Source: a virus
Lineage: Duplodnaviria; Caudoviricetes
IMG/VR virus record: IMGVR_UViG_3300012665_000240
Coordinates: 1-40,428 of that record
DNA: 40,428 nt
Strand: one strand, 5' to 3'
The translations under genes were made by a program, and so were the position numbers. Of this stretch, positions 8,201-16,690 are shown piece by piece. The notes beneath the pieces are model-generated. The model did not search any database and was not told the origin of the DNA. It was given only the letters and a program-made list of their open reading frames with translations. Position 1 is the first letter of the stretch. Every line of letters begins with the position of its first letter.

Positions 8201-10258
8201 AAGGTCGATGCTCCAGTTAGCAACATTTTTTGATGTCATAAGTAGCCCGTTACCAATAAGGTCTTTTACAACAAAGTTAAGACCCTGTGATAATCCAGCA
8301 CTAATGATAGGCTCAAATAATGACTGCTTAAGAGCATAGTTAGGACGCATAAGTACATCGTATGACCAAAGGCTATTTAGGTTCTGGAATGCGTCTGCGC
8401 GGAAGCGATTAGCGCCTCTTCCAGCCTTTTTAATTCCCTGTGCAGCATCAAAGTTTATTTGACGCTCGATGTCATCCCAAGGTGTAAATCGATATGAATC
8501 TACAATCTGACGAATTGTCTGTGGGTCAACAAGAGTAACGTTTCCATCAAGTCCGATACCAAATCCATTTTTCTTAACAGATTCAACACCCTTGCTTGTA
8601 TTCATCTGGAACTTTGATATAGTAGACTTAATTTCTTCTTGGTTGTACTTTCCAGCCTTGAATGCAATCATGTTACCAATTTGAGTGTCAATTGCCTTGA
8701 GAGCGTTAACCTGTTGGATTGGACTCTGCCCAAGAGTCTTTAAGTATGACTCTTCCAAACGCTGACGTACAACACTTGTCTTTTCGTAAACGCCAGGTTC
8801 AACTTCAATCTTCTTTGAACCATCTCTAAGTAGTTCTAGATTGTCAAGGAATCCCTTAAGTTCAACGCGTGCCTGTAATGGACGCATACCAGAGAATGAT
8901 ACCCATCCAGTTGGTAGTGCTTCTGTACCGCGACCAGTTAGACGAACTCCTTTAATTACCCATCCACCTAGAGTCTCGCCAAATGTCGTTTCAGCAAATC
9001 TTGAGATTTTATCGTATTCACGATTACGTATTGCAGACTTTGCGCCACGAAGTTTTTCTTGACCCTTGATAATAAGGCCAGTAGCAACGGTTGGTTCCAA
9101 TGGGAAGAATTCTTTACCGCCAGCAAGTGGCTCATACTTCTCATCAAAGAACGCATCTTTAATCTTCTTAAACTGTGGGTTGCTAGCAATAGCATCTTCA
9201 AATGCACTCTTAAGGCGTAGCGCAGCCGCTTCATCTGGAAGATATAATTCTCCAGTTTGTAATATCTTATTCTTAATCTGACTCTTTACGTCAGCAACAT
9301 CAAATAGTTTGCTTGGTGCTGTATTGGCAAGACGCTCTAATGCAGCAGCATTACCCTTGTCAGCAAGGAGCAAGTCTTTTACAACATTAGCGTCACTTGC
9401 TTCGTGAAGAATAGGAATTAGTTTTTCGTTGGTGCTATACTTGCCAACTAGGTCTTCAATGATTCCCCAGTCCTTTGTTTCAGCAAGTAGGACCGCATGG
9501 CTTCCAGCAATTGTCTGTGTACCCTGAGCGCCATTTGTACTAGCATATAGAATACCAGTTTCCATGTCTGCACCAAGTTGCTCGACAGTTTTACCCTTAG
9601 TATATAAACCTAGTGGCTTGCCAACAAGATTAGTTGTTGCAAGTTTTGTAACTTTGCCAGCAGCGTTAAGCCCCTTTGCGCCGACAACTAAATCACCAAG
9701 ACCAGTAAACCAGCGACCGACTGCATTCTCGACATAGTTTTTCTTGATGCTTTCATCGTTCCACAAGTCAACTTCGTCGGTATTAATTCCACCAGTCTTA
9801 AGAACTGCTGCTGAAACACTACCAACAAGTGGAATCATTGTTGACTTTGTAAGAGCCTGCATTGCAGAAACTTTTTCGCTGCGGTTGTATGCTGCCTTAA
9901 TATCGGAAAGTTGGAAACCTTTTCCGTACTCACCGCTTTTATAAAGTGGAGAGTCTTCTGGAGCAGTTAATAGACCAATCGTTGCAATAGGTCGAGAAAT
10001 AAGAGGAGAATAAATTTTGTCATTAAAAACAGTAGCGGCTCTTAGAAGAGCGTCACCTGTAGACTTAGCAGCGGCTTTAGCAAGTTTATTGCCAGGTACA
10101 TTAGAAGTAATTCTGTCTGCATCAGCAATAGCATTCTTAATTGTATTGCTAAGTTCTTCTTGCTTTTTCTTTTCTTCTTCGTTAAGGTAGTTTCCGCCAC
10201 CAGTAATAGACTTTAGTCCTACGCCAAGGGTAGTACGAAATGAATCCCATAAAGACAT
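5219..10258 (-). CDS. Large putative internal virion / DNA ejection protein
   Basis: 1679 aa, largest ORF, helical, no tape-measure-type repeats; no tail tube gene recognised in the genome. Confidence 0.6.
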   Translation of the reverse strand: MSLWDSFRTTLGVGLKSITGGGNYLNEEEKKKQEELSNTIKNAIADADRITSNVPGNKLAKAAAKSTGDALLRAATVFNDKIYSPLISRPIATIGLLTAPEDSPLYKSGEYGKGFQLSDIKAAYNRSEKVSAMQALTKSTMIPLVGSVSAAVLKTGGINTDEVDLWNDESIKKNYVENAVGRWFTGLGDLVVGAKGLNAAGKVTKLATTNLVGKPLGLYTKGKTVEQLGADMETGILYASTNGAQGTQTIAGSHAVLLAETKDWGIIEDLVGKYSTNEKLIPILHEASDANVVKDLLLADKGNAAALERLANTAPSKLFDVADVKSQIKNKILQTGELYLPDEAAALRLKSAFEDAIASNPQFKKIKDAFFDEKYEPLAGGKEFFPLEPTVATGLIIKGQEKLRGAKSAIRNREYDKISRFAETTFGETLGGWVIKGVRLTGRGTEALPTGWVSFSGMRPLQARVELKGFLDNLELLRDGSKKIEVEPGVYEKTSVVRQRLEESYLKTLGQSPIQQVNALKAIDTQIGNMIAFKAGKYNQEEIKSTISKFQMNTSKGVESVKKNGFGIGLDGNVTLVDPQTIRQIVDSYRFTPWDDIERQINFDAAQGIKKAGRGANRFRADAFQNLNSLWSYDVLMRPNYALKQSLFEPIISAGLSQGLNFVVKDLIGNGLLMTSKNVANWSIDLAKRKVINRSEYKAVVQDVTDKSKALELAIRIKMTAQTSVEDLLTTASPATKAQHLTAAQKELKAASKLVDKIELQLRDAMVPYGGREALPSMATLERRLAYLESQPGLTSKISDIADAKAAIANYKTIINKLATNKKVILDADKKVEDAYTKIDNAVKELGEARIKQADVFGKSAAFKKRYYSKEKHVHVVKNTLHHVDSFVQEQSLGGTNYFTTAVREETKNARTTQNNFLGELATGQSSSLIKRKAPMTRIGVQDPTYFEELAHIANRQFRGDPLMDLIFAETPIKSIKAWAKTPAGKEYLSNPAFNIHNAADIPDYLADKIALVQRMFPSYEARAAILKGEVTSQKLEKLLAPQADRLFDITPSNFHYEINTFGQSGLARASQGFNNFAAKTFSKLAAVENPIRAMLFDKMATENVAKRISYLTEQGFEITTDTWNSVRQAAGREALQNMEKVLYTINNPNRFLNSLRGIMAFPTANISAFLRYGRLAAKNPVRATGVLSNYGRAYMTFGVDENGNPTDDINKITHLIVPGSKELKFLPGSGQDGAKLSAQSLGFLLNRPGPSFITSLSMGYIMKNFPQFEDDIEKFMTVNGVNYYKVYYPYGAPTSVVAAFRPAWLNAAINGFIGPEGQKDYLGSWKSVYNYHAMLVEMGVEEDMPSDEQIREEVRTLWVHKFFSSFASPYAGLPYKVETNPMGLTSTLYYKLIEKNKAVNPNMSNQEARDAAGDEMISLLGPRFMVDRVSFTGSSKNLNLPATYESYARVFEDNDDLVGRLANIEPGEIGLVGLLTADLDYDPSKQSNNILSLLADPKKTLPGTSKNLNELKMTPKEIETERIKQRTWNQYMDTKKALEAKITDGKTLRAHPELKAVLDNLALTVFKDQSQAWYDQWNLAESGDTSYKYARAFSEIINDNKFMTKSGTGQFWKDVKTFMDSRAMFSEIYQALPDYDPRKSQLRDSYNTWIQASVGQWDGNLKTIIERYFENDTLKAVN

Positions 10259-10267
10259 TCTTACCCC

Positions 10268-10477
10268 CTAAAAGTTTCGTTTGATATAATTTTTTTCTGT
10301 TCCACCCTGTGGGTCTTGTCCAGTAATACCAGTAATAAAAGTATCCCGCTCTTCTGGAGACTTCCAAGGCATCATAGCAAATTCAATTGCAACTGCTGCA
10401 TTTTCGTATCCAAGTGAATTAGCAAACTTATCGATATTATCGAAAAGACTTCCAGGCATCCATGTTGCATCTGCCAT
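10268..10477 (-). CDS. Hypothetical protein
   Basis: 69-aa ORF packed in the operon. Confidence 0.7.
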   Translation of the reverse strand: MADATWMPGSLFDNIDKFANSLGYENAAVAIEFAMMPWKSPEERDTFITGITGQDPQGGTEKNYIKRNF

Positions 10478-10478
10478 T

Positions 10479-10943
10479 CTATATTACACTTCGATTATTC
10501 TCAATAAGGTAATTTACAAAACGCTTGAATGAATCTGGTGCATCTGCAGAGCGTGCAGCGAATGCTAAGTCTGGCAAGTATTGTGCTACAATCTTTGCAT
10601 TCTCATCATTAGCAGTGCTATTCATTAGACCTCTTGGAAGTACTTCACTTCCTGGTCCAGGACCAAAATCTACACCTGCTGTGATTGGTTCATCTGGTCG
10701 AGTTGTTGGGTCAAAAAGCGTCCCTAGTTGAGGCATGTTAATGCCTTCGTAAGGGTTTGCAGATGCTGTAGGTGTCTTGGTAGATGCTACTGCCTGATTA
10801 CCCTGTACGCGCTGTTGATTGACTTCTTGGTTCTGACCATAGGCAAAGCCAGTATAATCACCGCTCTGTCCCGCTCCGCCTGTGCCTGAAACATTGGCTG
10901 GGTTGTTCTGTGGCGCACCTGGGCGCATTCCTCCACTTACCAT
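10479..10943 (-). CDS. Hypothetical Gly/Pro-rich virion-module protein
   Basis: 154 aa, GGAGGA SD; motif PTTRPDEPITAGVDFGPGPG. Confidence 0.75.
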   Translation of the reverse strand: MVSGGMRPGAPQNNPANVSGTGGAGQSGDYTGFAYGQNQEVNQQRVQGNQAVASTKTPTASANPYEGINMPQLGTLFDPTTRPDEPITAGVDFGPGPGSEVLPRGLMNSTANDENAKIVAQYLPDLAFAARSADAPDSFKRFVNYLIENNRSVI

Positions 10944-10951
10944 TGTTCCTC

Positions 10952-11518
10952 CTACTTAAATTGTTTAAAGATATGAATTGGTTCTGAGCACATGTTATCG
11001 TATTGAATTGCAATAGCAATTGCTTTACGTACCATTGCTTCTGCTTGGTTAATAGTTTTTACTTTTTCCACACCCAACGCTGCCAATGCACCGAGGGCAA
11101 CATCACCACCACTACCCATAACATATACATTGCGAACATCGGTATCCCAAGAATAATCCTCAGAGACCGAAAAAACTTGCCCTTTGACTGAGATGAGGAA
11201 TCCCCCATCGATTTGCGCAACATCGCCGTCCTCTTTCATGTCAATACCAGCATCTACAAAACTTTTACGCATTGCTGGTATAAACTTCTGCGTCATGTAA
11301 GTATTTAAATCTTCTTGAGCAGTAGGCTTAGGTTGCTTGTATCCATAATGTAATACATTACTTGCGCGTGATGAACCGCATCCAGCAATCAACACACCAT
11401 TGTTGTCTACAATCTTTGGTGTCTTTGCTATCTGAAAACGTCCATGTTCATCACTAAGACGTGAATCACATCCTAGTACCGACCAACCGTCACCTTGTAT
11501 CGCTACTAGCGTTGTCAT
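10952..11518 (-). CDS. HslV/proteasome-beta-like Ntn threonine peptidase
   Basis: N-terminal M-TTLVAI, downstream DSR, conserved K (TPKI) and GSGG motif; 188 aa matches the fold size. Confidence 0.8.
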   Translation of the reverse strand: MTTLVAIQGDGWSVLGCDSRLSDEHGRFQIAKTPKIVDNNGVLIAGCGSSRASNVLHYGYKQPKPTAQEDLNTYMTQKFIPAMRKSFVDAGIDMKEDGDVAQIDGGFLISVKGQVFSVSEDYSWDTDVRNVYVMGSGGDVALGALAALGVEKVKTINQAEAMVRKAIAIAIQYDNMCSEPIHIFKQFK

Positions 11519-11519
11519 T

Positions 11520-13286
11520 TTATCCCCTAGTTGTTACTCGTCCCGTTGCCTTGCCGCTACCACTTAGGGTAGATAAGATAGTTTGTAAATCTGGTGGAGG
11601 TGCTGCTTGTTCCATGCCCATTGGAGAGCCTCCTACTGGAGCCGCGCCTGGAGCAGGGGACGGCTGCTCAACAGGAGAAGTTGCAACCCCAGCAGGAGGA
11701 ACTTGTTGCTGTGGAGCGAATACGCCTGCGATAGCCTCTTCAAGGGATTGACCCTTTTGACGTGCAGTAATTACTCCCGCAATCTTTGTTACGATAGATG
11801 CTGGGTCTCCGCCTGATGTAGCCATTGCTGGAATAGCCTGAGCCATTGCAGTAATACCACTAAGAAGTGATGAACGCATGTTTTCGATTTCAATTTTCTC
11901 AAGTTCTTGTGTAACATTGACTGTGAATGGTAATTCACGCATAGCCATGTCCTTGGAGATTAATCCTCCACCAAGAGCCTGTAGCATAAAGATAAGTCCC
12001 TGTGCTGGGTTAAGACCAGCAAGCATACCATAACGAACATCTGCAGAGTAATCACCCTTGATGTCCTTGGTTGGCTTGTATGTAATTTCATAAGGTGAGC
12101 CAGAATCTACGCCACGAATTGTCTTTTCTTGTGGGAAGATTACTTCATCTACTTCAAAGCAGAGGGAAACAACATCGCGTAGAGCAGATGCAAAGATTGC
12201 CTGTGCTGACTTAACCTGTGTATCAAAGGCACCCATAAGTGCCTGTACGCCTTGACCAGTAACGATGCTTGCATCAATGTTACCAGAACGTCCTTCTGGA
12301 TAACGAGTACCTGAGCGAAGTTCTTGATTAAGTAGTTGTGCTTCTGTGAATGCGCCTTGTGGAATGTTTAATTCGACACGACGAACGCCAGCAGGGTTAG
12401 CGGTACGAATAACCGCATCGCCACCCAACTGGAGTTCTTGAACGTCTTGAGGTAGTACGATTGGTGCCTGAACACTCTTCTCCGCTGCTTCCATTGCCAA
12501 TAAAGCGAAACGGTTGCGAAGAAGTTGAATACCGAGTACGTCGTCGAATTGTCCACGCATTTCGCCATCAATAGACGGCTTACGCGCCACGACAACCATC
12601 ATCTTGCCCATTGGATTCAATGCGCGAGATAAAACTAGATTGCCCTTCTTAGGCAAGTAAATTACTGATTGGTCCTTATCGTAATAACGAACCATCTCAA
12701 CCTGTGCGTGTAGGTCCTGTTGGTACCCGTCACGTCCTAGGATTTGAGTTTCATACTCTGGGAACTGTGAAACAAGTTCTCCAAGAGTCATCATGTAGCG
12801 CTTTGCAAATGCCACACAGCGTCCGTAGCGGTCGAATTCTGGGTAAGCCCCGATTGGATTTTCTACGCGAATACGCGGCAACTTGCTATCTTCGTCCAAT
12901 TCAATCATGAACGGAACGAAACCATATGTTAGGTACCAGTCGGCACCTGAGTACATCTGTACGGATAAGTCAGAATGTGAGAAATAGTTAGCAGCAATGC
13001 GTGTACGCTTATCGGCAAAGTTACGTGCTTTATCGCTAACAGAGTTAGCAGCAGAACAGTTGATTGCTGGTAGTGGAGCCATTACCTCAGAAAGGTCACG
13101 GGCTACCACGTCAATAAAGTTTGCAACTACGTTAGCATCTACACCTTCTGGAAAAAATTCAGGGTATACAGATGCAATCTGTCCTTTACGAACAGCGAGA
13201 ACGCTTAGGTTACGGGCATCACGTTCGTGATTGCGGTAGCGCAACGCTTCAACGCGTGCTGCTACTTGTTCCATCGATAATGCCAT
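11520..13286 (-). CDS. Portal protein
   Basis: 588 aa, downstream of terminase, portal-like size and motifs, Pro/Ala-rich C-terminal tail. Confidence 0.85.
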   Translation of the reverse strand: MALSMEQVAARVEALRYRNHERDARNLSVLAVRKGQIASVYPEFFPEGVDANVVANFIDVVARDLSEVMAPLPAINCSAANSVSDKARNFADKRTRIAANYFSHSDLSVQMYSGADWYLTYGFVPFMIELDEDSKLPRIRVENPIGAYPEFDRYGRCVAFAKRYMMTLGELVSQFPEYETQILGRDGYQQDLHAQVEMVRYYDKDQSVIYLPKKGNLVLSRALNPMGKMMVVVARKPSIDGEMRGQFDDVLGIQLLRNRFALLAMEAAEKSVQAPIVLPQDVQELQLGGDAVIRTANPAGVRRVELNIPQGAFTEAQLLNQELRSGTRYPEGRSGNIDASIVTGQGVQALMGAFDTQVKSAQAIFASALRDVVSLCFEVDEVIFPQEKTIRGVDSGSPYEITYKPTKDIKGDYSADVRYGMLAGLNPAQGLIFMLQALGGGLISKDMAMRELPFTVNVTQELEKIEIENMRSSLLSGITAMAQAIPAMATSGGDPASIVTKIAGVITARQKGQSLEEAIAGVFAPQQQVPPAGVATSPVEQPSPAPGAAPVGGSPMGMEQAAPPPDLQTILSTLSGSGKATGRVTTRG

Positions 13287-13311
13287 TATTGTCCTAACGT
13301 AGTTTTAAAAA

Positions 13312-13686
13312 TTATTTACCATAACCAAAATATTTATTTGGCTCTGTCTTTTTTGGCTTTGGAGTCGCTTTTGGCTTAGGTGTTACCTTTGGCGTTGGTG
13401 TAGGCTTAGGAGTAACTTTTGGCTTTGGCGTTGCTTTTGGCTTAGGCTTTACTGTTACCTTTGGCTTAATTGGAACCGTTGCTGTTGCGGTATCACTTGG
13501 AGGCAATGTAACCTTAGGTGTTACCTTCGGAGTTGCCTTAGGCTTTGGCTTTGGAGTTACTTTTGGTTTAGGAGGCGCTGTAATTCTTGGCTTAGGCGCA
13601 TCAGTAAAAGTAGGAGTCCAAGGGGTCTTCTTCTTGGGTTTACCATTTGAAAATTGATATAAACCTGGTGGAAGTTTTGCGACCAT
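13312..13686 (-). CDS. Pro/Lys-rich low-complexity protein with PKPK[VA]T repeats
   Basis: 124 aa; repeats kept at protein level with synonymous codon variation. Confidence 0.7.
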   Translation of the reverse strand: MVAKLPPGLYQFSNGKPKKKTPWTPTFTDAPKPRITAPPKPKVTPKPKPKATPKVTPKVTLPPSDTATATVPIKPKVTVKPKPKATPKPKVTPKPTPTPKVTPKPKATPKPKKTEPNKYFGYGK

Positions 13687-13688
13687 AA

Positions 13689-14087
13689 TTACTTGCCCAT
13701 TGGGCGATACAGTTTATTTACAGTCTTACTTGTTGTCTTTACGCCTGCCGCTGAACGAGGAAGGTTTGACGATGATGGAGACTTTGGTCGTGAGTTTCGA
13801 TTCTTTGACAAATCATTTGGTGATGGTGACTTTGGTGTAAAGCCTCCATCTTCGTATCGACCCTGTGCTGCATTGTACTTCTTGCTTTCGCGGTTTCCGA
13901 TAGCGCCAGCACGTGCCATCGTACGCTTAGTATCAGCCATTTGTCTATTTAATAGTGCTTTTGCAGCAGGAGTTAGATTCTTTTCTTTTAAAGCAAACTT
14001 AAGTTCAAAATATCTACCTCTTATATCATCTATCTTCTTTAATACACGCCCAGAAGTATGACTTCTCTGGTATCCATTTGTTGCCAT
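13689..14087 (-). CDS. Hypothetical basic protein
   Basis: 132 aa, AAGGA SD, between terminase and portal. Confidence 0.7.
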   Translation of the reverse strand: MATNGYQRSHTSGRVLKKIDDIRGRYFELKFALKEKNLTPAAKALLNRQMADTKRTMARAGAIGNRESKKYNAAQGRYEDGGFTPKSPSPNDLSKNRNSRPKSPSSSNLPRSAAGVKTTSKTVNKLYRPMGK

Positions 14088-14099
14088 TTTATAATTTCC

Positions 14100-15977
14100 T
14101 TATCCGTATGTGTGTGACCATTGCTCTGCAAAGGCCTCGTCTAAATTAACTGCTTGTCGTCTTGATGCTTGTGCTTGCGTTGTCCATCTGTTCTGCATCC
14201 ACTTAGATGCATTGCTGCTCTGTTGCATCATCTCGCGTATACGGATAATAGCGAACCAAAGAGCCATAACGCAGTCTGTGGGGTTTTTGGTGTCTGGTTT
14301 CCAAGTAATAAGTTCCTGTACTAGAGTCTTAAGACCCTCAGAACCCTCATTACTTGGTAGTTCTATGATGTTGTTGTCCTGGAATCTACCATCGCGGGTA
14401 TTACCAAACAACATAGACATGGACGCTACACCAAAAGACGTGTCCCATTTATTCTTGCCAGTAAAGTGTGAGTTGAGTTGGCATCCATAAGATGCTAGAT
14501 ATGCTCTTAAGTCGTCATCTAAGGCATACGCCTTCTGGTGTGCGTTAATTTCAATGCGCAGTTCCTGTGGACGATACTTCTCAACCCATTCCTCAATCAA
14601 AGATTGAATCTTTGCTGGGCTTGGGTCAGTCATATTCACACAGTCTAGGACATAGATACGTCCATCTGCTCGGTTATAGGTAGCAACTACTGCTCCTGTG
14701 GCACCTGCCATAGCAGGGTCAAGACCGATAATGGTATAACCTTCAACATGCTGAGGATGTCCAGGGGTACCAGGCTTTAAAGGTCCTCGTTTACGCATTC
14801 CGTTGACGGAACCTGCGATACAGGTAGGCGAGAAGATTGAGTCCTCTTGGACATCTTCTTGCTGGTAGACCATAGCCCATACAGACGGAGCGACCTCAGA
14901 GCGACGCTTAAAGAGCGAGGGTCCATCCCACTTCGGATAAAGTCCATTTTCTAAAACCTCGTCTAAATCGTTCTCTTGCTGGTCCGTCTCAGGCCAGAGT
15001 GTCTTCCAGTTCTTGGGCTTATCGTCAAACTGGAGTACTGCTGGCATAGCACAATAGGTAAAGGGGCTTTTGCCACCAGTCCATTGTGAACCATCACGAA
15101 TCATCTTGTAGAGGTCTACAGAGGATACGCGGGTACCTACAATAATAAGTTTACCGTGTCGTCCTAAACGGGTAATAACTTCCTTCTGCAGCCATTCAAT
15201 CTGCTTTTCCCACTCATGGGCGTTGGAACCCATCACCACGTCATCAAGGATAATCAGGTCGGCACGTGCTCCGTAAATCTGAGACCCAAAGCCTAGCGCT
15301 TGAACGGTTGGGTCTTTCTCTCCAGAGTCTCGACCTGTTCCCAGGTAAATCATGTCGGCGGACCATTGTGTTGCATCCGCCTTATACCCACCATTAGGAC
15401 CGAAAGCGGTCTGTAGTTTCATGTAGCCAGGGTGGGAAAGGCGCGTCTTAATAGCGCCTAGGAACTTGCGAGCCATACCCTGAGTTTTAGACACGATAAT
15501 CACTCGCGTGTTAGGGTTGGTCACAATCTTATAGGTCACGTAGTTAGTCGTGATAGTGGTTGACTTGGCGTGCTCGGGTGGCACGTTAATTAAGACACGG
15601 TTAGGGTCTCCTGGCTCATAAGTCATACCAGAAGGTAGCCATCTAGGTTCTTTACCCTCAATAAGGTCAATCCAGTTTAACTGGTGATTAAAGAGTCTGG
15701 AATCTAGGAACTGCTCAGAGAATTCATGGAAGGGCATATCCTTCATCTCGGCTAAATCAGCCTTTATGCCTTTACCCGCTAGTCGGGCTTTATCTGCCTT
15801 CTCCTTGAAGTCGGCATCTGCCATAGTCCATTGGCGGAAGGCGGTATCTTGACGGTCAACGGCTGCCATAGCAGCGGTGACGGTAGCACCTTGTTCTAGA
15901 AGAGCCAGTACTTTAGCCTGTGCCTCATCCTTAGAATAGGTCTGTTTTCCAGCCTTACGTCCCATGTTACGTCCCAT
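14100..15977 (-). CDS. terL: Terminase large subunit with N-terminal HTH-like extension
   Basis: Walker A-like INVPPEHAKST, Walker B LIILDD, coupling motif VGT, nuclease motifs IIGLDPA and DCVMAL; start at 15977 or 15965. Confidence 0.92.
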   Translation of the reverse strand: MGRNMGRKAGKQTYSKDEAQAKVLALLEQGATVTAAMAAVDRQDTAFRQWTMADADFKEKADKARLAGKGIKADLAEMKDMPFHEFSEQFLDSRLFNHQLNWIDLIEGKEPRWLPSGMTYEPGDPNRVLINVPPEHAKSTTITTNYVTYKIVTNPNTRVIIVSKTQGMARKFLGAIKTRLSHPGYMKLQTAFGPNGGYKADATQWSADMIYLGTGRDSGEKDPTVQALGFGSQIYGARADLIILDDVVMGSNAHEWEKQIEWLQKEVITRLGRHGKLIIVGTRVSSVDLYKMIRDGSQWTGGKSPFTYCAMPAVLQFDDKPKNWKTLWPETDQQENDLDEVLENGLYPKWDGPSLFKRRSEVAPSVWAMVYQQEDVQEDSIFSPTCIAGSVNGMRKRGPLKPGTPGHPQHVEGYTIIGLDPAMAGATGAVVATYNRADGRIYVLDCVNMTDPSPAKIQSLIEEWVEKYRPQELRIEINAHQKAYALDDDLRAYLASYGCQLNSHFTGKNKWDTSFGVASMSMLFGNTRDGRFQDNNIIELPSNEGSEGLKTLVQELITWKPDTKNPTDCVMALWFAIIRIREMMQQSSNASKWMQNRWTTQAQASRRQAVNLDEAFAEQWSHTYG

Positions 15978-16190
15978 CTATAAACGCCGATTTAACGTAC
16001 CCTCTAAACGGCATAAGGGGGGCATTTTGATAAAAAAAAATTTCAAATTATATATATAGGAGGAGCGGAGTCTTAAACGGAGCGACTCCGTAGATATTTA
16101 TATATATACTATAGAAGACCCGTTCAAACGGGTCTTTTCCGAGTGGGTTGGGAAAGTATTTTCCCGAACCCGCATATCTTACGCTCACGA

Positions 16191-16206
16191 TGTGACGTAA
16201 GTCACA
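16191..16206. promoter_or_regulatory. Consensus CRP/GlxR-type binding site
   Basis: TGTGA-CGTAAG-TCACA, an exact TGTGA-N6-TCACA match, in the divergent intergenic region. Confidence 0.5.
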
Positions 16207-16509
16207 CTCTCCGAGGAGTACTTTTAGTACTCTGAGGGGGGGATTAAATATAACAGAAAATTATTTAGTGAGTATATATACATTAAAAGACCGCGTTTTA
16301 TAAAACCTCGGGTCAAAGATAGCGCTGTCGCGCTTTATTCTGCATTTATTTATGCGTGAATGAATGGATAGTGAGCAACTATCTCCACAAGAATAAATAG
16401 ATTATTTCCCCCCATGAATAAATAAATAAATACATGAGAATAAATCGGGCAGACTTATACCATGCCAACCGCCATGCTCCCTACCATTTCGCCCCGCGTG
16501 TCCGCACCT

Positions 16510-16527
16510 TGTCGGGTTAGCCCTACA
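16510..16527 (+). repeat. 18-bp palindrome copy 1
   Basis: TGTCGGGTTAGCCCTACA. Confidence 0.9.
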
Positions 16528-16579
16528 CGCTCACGCGCACGCCTACCCTTGAATTGTCGATAAATAGACAATCTCTCCC

Positions 16580-16597
16580 TGTCGGGTTAGCCCGACA
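16580..16597 (+). repeat. 18-bp palindrome copy 2
   Basis: TGTCGGGTTAGCCCGACA. Confidence 0.95.
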
Positions 16598-16633
16598 CCT
16601 CGACCCCTCATGGTGTTGCGAAACCTTATTCGA

Positions 16634-16642
16634 TGGTACGAT
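16634..16642 (+). promoter_or_regulatory. Early promoter P1 (extended -10)
   Basis: TGG-TACGAT; predicted start near 16649, followed by a hairpin at 16650-16669. Confidence 0.55.
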
Positions 16643-16690
16643 TACTCCATGTCGGCAACCACGCTGGCACCCAAAAAAAAGGATAAAAAA

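Noticed and set aside
16580-16597. TGTCGG half-site as a PafBC/RecA-NDp promoter element
   Set aside because: The required TAnnnT ten bases after TGTCGG is absent in the consensus copies
16610-16690. Upstream starts (16610, 16649) for the first early gene
   Set aside because: 16610 precedes the predicted promoter; a leaderless start at 16649 is possible, but the 5' hairpin and SD favour 16691
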